A DNA stretch of 16,460 nt from Candidatus Methylomirabilia bacterium (GTDB lineage Bacteria; Methylomirabilota; Methylomirabilia; Rokubacteriales; CSP1-6). A model generated the notes under the pieces. The model saw nothing but the letters and a program-made list of their open reading frames with translations. It ran no database searches and was not told where the DNA came from. This document shows positions 8,768 to 15,079 of the stretch, piece by piece (position 1 is the stretch's first letter; each line of letters begins with the position of its first letter). The position numbers and the translations under genes are program-made. The stretch lies in contig JBHIBG010000060.1 of the NCBI GenBank assembly GCA_046758965.1, positions 1-16,460 of the forward strand, in the 5' to 3' direction.

Positions 8768-9355
8768 CTACAAGTCGCGGCATGCTTCGCCGCTTCTGCC
8801 CTGCTGTGAAGCCGGAGGCAAATAGTGGCTCTCCGCTGCGTACGCGTAACCGGCGGCAAACGCCCTGAGGTTGAGCTCCAGGAGGCGGGAGGCAACCGTA
8901 GACCGGAGGGACGCTTCCACGGCCTGCCGGCTGACCAGGCCGCCGACCGCCGTGAAGAAGCCGAGCATCACCACGTTTGCGACGATCTTCTTCCCAAGCT
9001 CTTCAGCCAGGCGCGTGGCCGGGATCGCGTGAAAGGCCCTCTCCCCCGCGTCAGGCCTCACGAGGTCCTGATCGAGGACCAGGAGACCGTCCTGGGTGAG
9101 CCCTGCGCGGTAGCGCTCGTACGCCTCCTGGAACATGACGACGAGGCAATCGGGACGGGTCACGAGCGGGTAGTCCACCGGGCCGTCGGCGATCACCACG
9201 TCGGCGCTGGAGGCCCCGCCCCGGGCCTCGGGGCCGTAGGACTGGGTAAAGACCGCCTCGTTGCCGTCGTAAAGGGCTGCGGCCTTCCCCAGGAGCAGGC
9301 CGGCCAGCACGATCCCCTGCCCCCCGTATCCCGCCAGCCTCACCTCGCGCCGCAC
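8768..9355 (-). CDS. korC: 2-oxoacid:ferredoxin oxidoreductase gamma subunit
   Basis: EVRLAGYGGQGIVLAG, TQSYGPEARGG, ANVVMLG, LNLRAFAAGY; RBS AGGAGG upstream of the GTG. Substrate specificity (2-oxoglutarate) is not certain. Confidence 0.9.
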   Translation of the reverse strand: MRREVRLAGYGGQGIVLAGLLLGKAAALYDGNEAVFTQSYGPEARGGASSADVVIADGPVDYPLVTRPDCLVVMFQEAYERYRAGLTQDGLLVLDQDLVRPDAGERAFHAIPATRLAEELGKKIVANVVMLGFFTAVGGLVSRQAVEASLRSTVASRLLELNLRAFAAGYAYAAESHYLPPASQQGRSGEACRDL

Positions 9356-9358
9356 GGC

Positions 9359-10245
9359 CTACCCCTCCTGGTCCTTCTGGGAGAGCACCGGTCCCGGAGC
9401 TGCCGAAGATGGGAGCGGCTTCATCGCTCTGAACTTGACGCTCGCCACCTTGCCTTCCACAAGGGCACGATCCTCCTCGCTCGGAGGCGGAGTGAATTCT
9501 TCGCCTGGGCAGCAAGCCATTGCCGCCAACTCTTCACGGGTGAGGGTGTGCCGCGCCACAATCTGAACCTCAGCAAAGCCCGCTTGCCTCACTGTCTGCC
9601 AGTAATCCTCTTCGAAAATCCCCCCCCTAAGCATCCTGCCCATGTCGACCGGAAGCGCTCGTGCAGCTCAGGATCAATGTGAGCTGTAAGCACAATATCC
9701 GAGATTGCGATCCGCCCACCGGGTCGCAAGATACGAAAGGCTTCTTCGTACACCGCGTCCTTGTCAGGGCACAGGTTGATAACGCAATTGGATATCACGA
9801 CATCCGCGAAGCTGTCTGGAAGTGGCGACTGCTCCATCGCCGCGACGCGGAGTGTGATCTTCTCGTCTGGCAAGCGCGCCTCAGCCACAGCCTGTCTTGC
9901 TCGCTCGATCATTTGAGGAGCGGAATCGATCCCGATCACTCTCCCTTGCTCTCCGACCCTGTGAGCGGCCAGAATGACATCTATCCCCCCGCCGCAACCG
10001 AAGTCCACGACCACATCACCGGGCCGGAGGCTCGCGAAACCCGTGGGGTTGCCGCACCCGCGTGAGAGGCTGAGAGCAACCTCTGGCAGTGATGAAAGCT
10101 CTGCCTCGCCATAAAGTCCCTGCTCAACTGCATAGCCCGACCCGGGCTGTCGCTTGCTGGGTCAACAGGACTCTCTGTGGCCGCCCGTTTCGGCAAATTT
10201 TCCGTAGCGGGTCTTCACGACCTGTCTAATTTCGTCAGCTATCAT
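9359..10245 (-). CDS. arsM: Arsenite S-adenosylmethionine methyltransferase-like protein; candidate selenoprotein (in-frame TGA at codon 28) with a 1-nt frameshift at a G8 run (about 295 aa when corrected)
   Basis: Manual translation from ATG 10245 (RBS GGAGAAGG): [91 protein letters not shown]...[12 protein letters not shown]...[11 protein letters not shown]...WAGCLGG/frameshift/IFEEDY...AGF...MACCPG...SVKFRAMKP. The ArsM hallmarks GCGNP, SNCVIN and WxGC are all present. Confidence 0.85.
10125..10164 (-). promoter_or_regulatory. UGA codon plus candidate bacterial SECIS element
   Basis: mRNA reads UGA CC CAGC aa GC gac AGCCCG GGU CGGGCU au GC a GUUG. It has a perfect 6-bp apical stem, a G-starting loop 19 nt after the UGA, and an extendable lower stem. 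Confidence 0.7.
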
Positions 10246-10277
10246 CCTTCTCCGTCCCTGCGTCCTCGGGGGCCTAT

Positions 10278-11150
10278 TCAGCCACCCAATTGCACCTCAC
10301 GGGCATGGTTCTCCGCCTCGGCAGCGGGCCGTTTCATCGCCAGCGGGTCGAAGACGGGTCGCTCGATGTCCACGAAGGTGCCGAGGACAATCGAGCGCCC
10401 CTTCTCCCTGAGGTCGATGTCCAGGCTGGCCAGGGGCGCCCCATGGTCCACCACGCACTGCTCCCGGTAGAGAGTCATCTCTTCCATCGCGTCGCCGATC
10501 TCGTTGGGGCGGCCGAACCCCACGGGGCACGGGGCCAGAACCTCCACGAAGGTGAGCCCCTTCTTCTTCATGGCGCGGAGGAAGGCCTGCTTGAGCTGGC
10601 GCAGGTGGAGGGAAGTCCAGCGGGCCACGAAGACCGCCCCGGTGGCGGCGGCCAGGTACGGAAGGTTGAACGGCTGTTCGTAGTTCCCGTAGGGCGCCGT
10701 GGTCGCCCGGGCCATCATGGGAGTGGTCGGGCCTACCTGCCCTCCCGTCATCCCGTAGTTGAAGTTATTGATGCAGATCACGTTCAGGTCAACGTTCCGC
10801 CGGGCCGCGTGGATGAAGTGGTTGCCGCCGATGGCGAAGAGGTCGCCGTCGCCGCTGAAGACCGTGACTTCCAGGTCGGGCTTGACAAGGGCGATGGCGG
10901 TGGCGAAGGGGATGGCCCGGCCATGGGTCGTGTGATAGGAATCGACATTCAGATAGCCGGCCACACGCCCCGAGCACCCGATGCCCGACACACAGACATG
11001 GCGCGAGATCGGGATCCCCGACTCCACCATGGCCTGAGCAAACGCGTGCATGGCAGGCCCGATCCCGCACCCCGGGCACCAGATGTGAGGGAGCCGATCC
11101 GCCCTGAACAGGGGATCGCTCGGGTGACGCTCGGAAACCAACGTGCTCAT
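10278..11150 (-). CDS. korB: 2-oxoacid:ferredoxin oxidoreductase beta subunit (TPP-binding)
   Basis: PHIWCPGCG, VSGIGCSGR, HTTHGRA, GDGD...NNFNYGMTGGQ TPP motif, FVEVLAPCP; ATGA overlap with korA. Confidence 0.93.
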   Translation of the reverse strand: MSTLVSERHPSDPLFRADRLPHIWCPGCGIGPAMHAFAQAMVESGIPISRHVCVSGIGCSGRVAGYLNVDSYHTTHGRAIPFATAIALVKPDLEVTVFSGDGDLFAIGGNHFIHAARRNVDLNVICINNFNYGMTGGQVGPTTPMMARATTAPYGNYEQPFNLPYLAAATGAVFVARWTSLHLRQLKQAFLRAMKKKGLTFVEVLAPCPVGFGRPNEIGDAMEEMTLYREQCVVDHGAPLASLDIDLREKGRSIVLGTFVDIERPVFDPLAMKRPAAEAENHAREVQLGG

Positions 11151-12304
11151 GACTTCGCCGCCTCCCTGATCGCCTCCAGGATCGGCCCGGGGGGGAACAT
11201 CGCCCCTCCCGCGTGGTTCACGCCGATGACCCGCCGACTGGTGAACCGCTCCGCTTCCCGAGCCAGTTGCCCCAGGTTCAGCTCGGGGACGACGAAGGCC
11301 ACCGCCCGCTCGGCCAGCTTCCGCACCCGCTCTCCCGGGAACGGCCAGAGCGTGATGACGCGGAGCAGCCCTGCCTGGATCCCCTCTTCCCGGGCCAGGG
11401 CCACCGCGCGGCGAGCGGAGCGCGCCGTGGAGCCATAGGCGATGACCACCACCCGGGCATCGTTCAGCCGATGCTCTTCGTGCTCCACGATCCGCCAGGC
11501 GTTCTGCCTGATCTTATCGACCAGCCGACGGACGAGCCGATCGTGGGCCTCCGCGGTGAGGGCGGGGTGGCCCCGTTCGTCGTGGGTGAGCCCGGTGAAG
11601 TGGACCCGGTAGCCTTCCCCCGCGTGAGCCATCGGAGGAACGAGATCATCATCGGCGGAGAAAGGAAGAAAGCTGTTCCCGCCCGGGCCCTGGCGGGGAA
11701 GCTTGCGCTCCACTCGCGGAATCGCTTCGGGCGGAGGGATAGCCACGCGCTCGGTCATGTGGCCCACCACCTCGTCGGCCAGAACGAAGACGGGAATCCG
11801 ATACTGGTCGGCCGTGTTGAAAGCCCGGATGGTCAGGTCGAAGCACTCCTGCGGCGAGGCGGGGGCATACGCTACGATCTCGTAGTCGCCGTGAGAGCCC
11901 CAGCGGGCCTGCATGACGTCAGCCTGCCCCACCAGGGTCGGAAGCCCCGTGGAGGGGGCACCCCGCTGGATGTTCACGACCACGCAGGGGACTTCCATCA
12001 TCGTGGCCAGGCCGACATTCTCCATCATGAGCGAGAATCCGGGACCGGAAGTGGCAGTCATGGCCCGGGTCCCCGCCACCGAAGCCCCAATGATCGCCGC
12101 CATGCTGGCCAGCTCGTCCTCCATCTGGACAAAGAGCCCCCCTGCTTCGGGGAGCCGACGGGCGAGGCGCTCGGCCACCTCCGTCGACGGCGTGATGGGG
12201 TAGCCCGCGAAGAAGCGGCAGCCGGCTGCCAGGGCGCCTTCGGCGCAGGCATGATCGCCCAGGAGAAAGTGCTGCCCGGTGAGAACGGCCGGGCCCTCTC
12301 TCAC
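11147..12304 (-). CDS. korA: 2-oxoacid:ferredoxin oxidoreductase alpha subunit (no fused gamma domain)
   Basis: FFAGYPITPSTE, QMEDE, TATSGPGFSLM, QRGAPSTGLPT, QARWGSHGD, PELNLGQ; GTGA overlap with korD. Confidence 0.93.
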   Translation of the reverse strand: MREGPAVLTGQHFLLGDHACAEGALAAGCRFFAGYPITPSTEVAERLARRLPEAGGLFVQMEDELASMAAIIGASVAGTRAMTATSGPGFSLMMENVGLATMMEVPCVVVNIQRGAPSTGLPTLVGQADVMQARWGSHGDYEIVAYAPASPQECFDLTIRAFNTADQYRIPVFVLADEVVGHMTERVAIPPPEAIPRVERKLPRQGPGGNSFLPFSADDDLVPPMAHAGEGYRVHFTGLTHDERGHPALTAEAHDRLVRRLVDKIRQNAWRIVEHEEHRLNDARVVVIAYGSTARSARRAVALAREEGIQAGLLRVITLWPFPGERVRKLAERAVAFVVPELNLGQLAREAERFTSRRVIGVNHAGGAMFPPGPILEAIREAAKS

Positions 12305-12603
12305 ACCGTCACCTCAGGCCTCGGAACCTCCACCGTATAGATGGCGTACTCGGGGCACACCAAGGAGCAGAACTCGCAGTGGATACACGCTTCGTCCTTG
12401 CCCGGAGCGATGGTGGGGTAGTGATAGCCCTTGGCGTTGGTATCCGGCGAGAGGACCAGGACATCCCTCGGGCAGAAGTCGACGCAGAAGCGGCATTCCT
12501 TGCAGCGGGACGGAATCACATAGACTTGTCCCCGCGGCAGGACCGCCGCCCGCCAATCCAGCGGGACCCGATTGCTCCGACCCGGCAGCATCTCTGATCC
12601 CAT
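12301..12603 (-). CDS. korD: 2-oxoacid:ferredoxin oxidoreductase delta subunit (2x[4Fe-4S] ferredoxin-like)
   Basis: RCKECRFCVDFCP and CIHCEFCSLVCPEYAI, with NAKGYHYP between them. The start is more likely ATG 12603 or 12591 than the ORF-track GTG at 12675. Confidence 0.85.
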   Translation of the reverse strand: MGSEMLPGRSNRVPLDWRAAVLPRGQVYVIPSRCKECRFCVDFCPRDVLVLSPDTNAKGYHYPTIAPGKDEACIHCEFCSLVCPEYAIYTVEVPRPEVTV

Positions 12604-12696
12604 TAAGTCTGGGCGCCTGGCAGCACCCACTCGCGGCCGTAAGCGACTCGGTCTCGCGTCAAGGCCTCCCGGCACCTTTCTGCTGCCACTATCGGT

Positions 12697-12726
12697 AGTG
12701 TAGTCAGAGTCGGTGCGTGGAATCCA
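12697..12726 (-). promoter_or_regulatory. Possible sigma70-type promoter for the kor-hdr-etf operon
   Basis: Minus strand TGGATT-N18-TACACT about 95 nt upstream of korD; motif match only. Confidence 0.2.
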
Positions 12727-12761
12727 TCCCGCAAAACGCTCATTTCCCTAGCGCGTTCGGC

Positions 12762-13004
12762 CTATGGTCCCGGGTCTGCACGCGGGCGCCATCCCGGAGC
12801 AGCGTCAGAGCGGTAGACCCGCCAGACGAAAAGCGCCGCCAGGAGGCACACAGGCGCCAGCCGCTTCCGCCGGAGGCGCAGCGGGGCGATCTGGCCGGCA
12901 ATCGGCTCGGGAATGGCCTCGCCCTCCGCCTGCGCTAGGAGCTCATCGATCCGTGGCTGGATGGAAAAGTTAACCACGGAGAGGAGGCCCGTCAGGGCCA
13001 GAAG
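12762..13004 (-). pseudogene. Probable 5'-truncated remnant of a small membrane protein gene
   Basis: The frame immediately after the barrel-gene stop reads LLALTGLLSVVNFSIQPRIDELLAQAEGEAIPEPIAGQIAPLRLRRKRLAPVCLLAALFVWRVYRS. This is protein-like (partial hydrophobic helix, loop, basic patch, short hydrophobic stretch) but has no RBS or credible start. Confidence 0.45.
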
Positions 13005-14264
13005 TCAGAAGGCGTAACGGACAACCAGATAGAGATTCGAGTTCCCCTCGAACTGGCCGAACTCGGTGCGTTCCGGGCCGCCGAACAGATTCAGACCTGC
13101 TGTCGTCGAGAGAGCATCCGTCACCTGGTATCTCGCCTCTGGCGCTACGTACCAGTCCCCCTCGTTGGGGCTCGCCAACACGAAGAGACCGACCTTGAGA
13201 GTCTGGTGCCAGAGGAGCCGGGTCAGCCTGAGGGTAAGAAGATGCCGGGCGAGCGGGCGCCTGGGCATGCCCGGCCCCCGCGTTCTCAGGTACTCGCCAT
13301 GGTCGTCCATCACCTGGACGGAGTACTGGGTGGAAAGCGTGAGGTCCGGAACGATCTCGCTCAGGTATGCCCCGAGCAGCCTGACAGAGGAGTTCTCCAC
13401 CGAGGGGTTCCGCCCCGACCGATCCGCTCGCGAGTCGTAGTATCCCGCCTCGAGGCTCAGCACTCCGCCGAGCAACGCCCCCTGGACGCTCGCCCCGTAG
13501 ACGTTGAGCGGAGGAAAGAACAAGCGGAGCCGCGGCCCCGGCTCGACCTCCGCCGCCGGCGAGTGGAAGAAGCCGCGATAGGCATAGAGAGAGAGATCCC
13601 ACCCGCGAACGTTCCGGAAGAGCCTGAGCCCGGCCTCGGTGTTCTCGAACGCCGGTGAGGGCTCGTCAGTCCGTCGGCGCTCGACGGTGGCCATGGGGTC
13701 ATGGAAGCTGAGCCGCCCTCCGGCCTCCGGGAGCGTGTCGGCCTCAAAGCGGGGGATCAGGACAAGCTGCAGCGAGGCGCCGGTCCAGTGGCCGGTCGCG
13801 TTGAGGGCATCGGAGCCCGTCTTCAGGTACTCAAGAGGAAGGCCGGAGATGAACGCCACCCAGTCTTTCGGGAAGACGTCGTTGATGAAGATCAGGTCGC
13901 CCACTCCCCAGGTGATGACCTGCCTTCCCAGGCGGAGGTCCAGGGCCGGAAACCTGAGGTCGAGATACCCTTCCCTGAGTTCCCCATCCACCTCCCGCCC
14001 CACCGCATCGAAGATCAGCTCCCCCTTGGCCAGCAGGCTCCAACGCTCCCCGCGCGGCGCCAGCTCGAGCCTCGCCCGTCCCTCGCCGAGCACGAACTCC
14101 TCCTCGCAGGCGAGCCGCTGCGTGCCCGGACAGCGATCAGGCCGAATCAGCCGGTAGGCCGAGGCTGCCTGGAGGAACCCGTGAAGTGGAAGCTCCTCTG
14201 CGGCTGACATCCCGGGGCGCACGAGGAACAGCGAGAGGAGAACGAGCCCGACACGGCCCCTCAC
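13005..14264 (-). CDS. Putative outer-membrane beta-barrel protein (DUF1302-like)
   Basis: Signal peptide (MRGRVGLVLLSLFLV..SAA), alternating amphipathic strands, LREGYLD, LRLGRQVITWG, C-terminal YLVVRYAF with terminal Phe (BamA-type signal); GTGA overlap with the upstream gene. Confidence 0.75.
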   Translation of the reverse strand: MRGRVGLVLLSLFLVRPGMSAAEELPLHGFLQAASAYRLIRPDRCPGTQRLACEEEFVLGEGRARLELAPRGERWSLLAKGELIFDAVGREVDGELREGYLDLRFPALDLRLGRQVITWGVGDLIFINDVFPKDWVAFISGLPLEYLKTGSDALNATGHWTGASLQLVLIPRFEADTLPEAGGRLSFHDPMATVERRRTDEPSPAFENTEAGLRLFRNVRGWDLSLYAYRGFFHSPAAEVEPGPRLRLFFPPLNVYGASVQGALLGGVLSLEAGYYDSRADRSGRNPSVENSSVRLLGAYLSEIVPDLTLSTQYSVQVMDDHGEYLRTRGPGMPRRPLARHLLTLRLTRLLWHQTLKVGLFVLASPNEGDWYVAPEARYQVTDALSTTAGLNLFGGPERTEFGQFEGNSNLYLVVRYAF

Positions 14265-15079
14265 CGGATCAGTTTGGTCGGCGGCGCCCTCAACGCGCGC
14301 TCGCTGAAGAGGTCCGGAGAGAGCTTCTGGTTGTAGCGCACATCACCGAGGACAGCCTCAGTCCAGTGGCCTGTTTGGACGTTCTTCATCACCCGCTTCA
14401 TGACCGTCCAGTAGCCCTGGACCTCCTTCAGATCCTCAGCGGTGAAGACGCGCGCAAGCTCGCCGCGACGGTCGTAGTACTCCTCCTTCAGCGGGAGCCA
14501 GGTCGCCTTGTCGATCCACGAAAGCCTCCGGCTGAAGTCCACGCTCCCCGGATCCTTCGGGACACTCTCCACGACGTAGGCCAAGCGCTCCCTGAGCTTC
14601 TCTTCTCTGAGCAGTTCGTGGGTGTCCTCCTCCGGCTCGCGTCCGGACACGTCCTCGTAGGAGAAGTCTGAGCCCGCGAAGCTTGAGCGCTTGTCGCTGG
14701 CGGAGATCCGCCGAACCAGCTTGAGGGCCGGGATGTAGAGCCAGCGGTCATCGTCCCTTCCGGGATACTTCCACACCAGGAAGGTCATCTCTCTCACGTC
14801 CGGCGGGCGGTGAAAATAGATGAAGTAGCGCTGCTCCCCTCCCTCTTGGAGGTCGCCGCGCGTCATCGTCAGCTCGCGGACCCGCTCCCGCCCGGCCTTG
14901 GAGAGGAGTCGCATGGTGACCCGGACCCGCATGTCCTCCCCGGGGTAATACATCGCCAGGTGGGCCTTGGCCATGATCTCCTCGGCCGGCGGCTGGGCGG
15001 CCCCCTGCACCGCCGGAGTCAGCAGGGCCAGGCCGACCCCAAGCGCGATTCCGCCTCTCACCCACAACGTCACAGCCAT
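14261..15079 (-). CDS. LolA-like 'outer membrane lipoprotein-sorting protein' family periplasmic protein
   Basis: Signal peptide; FHRPPDVREMTFLVW, DDDRWLYIPALKLVRRIS, SSFAGSDFSYED, EEYYDRRGEL and FSERAL are typical of this family. Confidence 0.88.
   Translation of the reverse strand: MAVTLWVRGGIALGVGLALLTPAVQGAAQPPAEEIMAKAHLAMYYPGEDMRVRVTMRLLSKAGRERVRELTMTRGDLQEGGEQRYFIYFHRPPDVREMTFLVWKYPGRDDDRWLYIPALKLVRRISASDKRSSFAGSDFSYEDVSGREPEEDTHELLREEKLRERLAYVVESVPKDPGSVDFSRRLSWIDKATWLPLKEEYYDRRGELARVFTAEDLKEVQGYWTVMKRVMKNVQTGHWTEAVLGDVRYNQKLSPDLFSERALRAPPTKLIR

Noticed and set aside
7855..8895. ORF-track starts for hdrA (7935) and the SDR (8895)
   Set aside because: The extensions are low-complexity or overlap korC; family motifs and gene spacing support starts at 7854 and 8766.
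9359..10196. Three separate small genes (9359-9643, 9589-10014, 9981-10196)
   Set aside because: The first two are parts of one ArsM-like gene split by a frameshift; the third is an off-frame ORF over its 5' region.
12980..13007. Possible Sec read-through of the barrel gene TGA into the in-frame downstream ORF (hairpin GGCCC-TGAC-GGGCC follows)
   Set aside because: The barrel already ends in a canonical terminal Phe, the hairpin loop is only about 10 nt from the UGA, and there is no Cys-like context. A deletion remnant explains it better.
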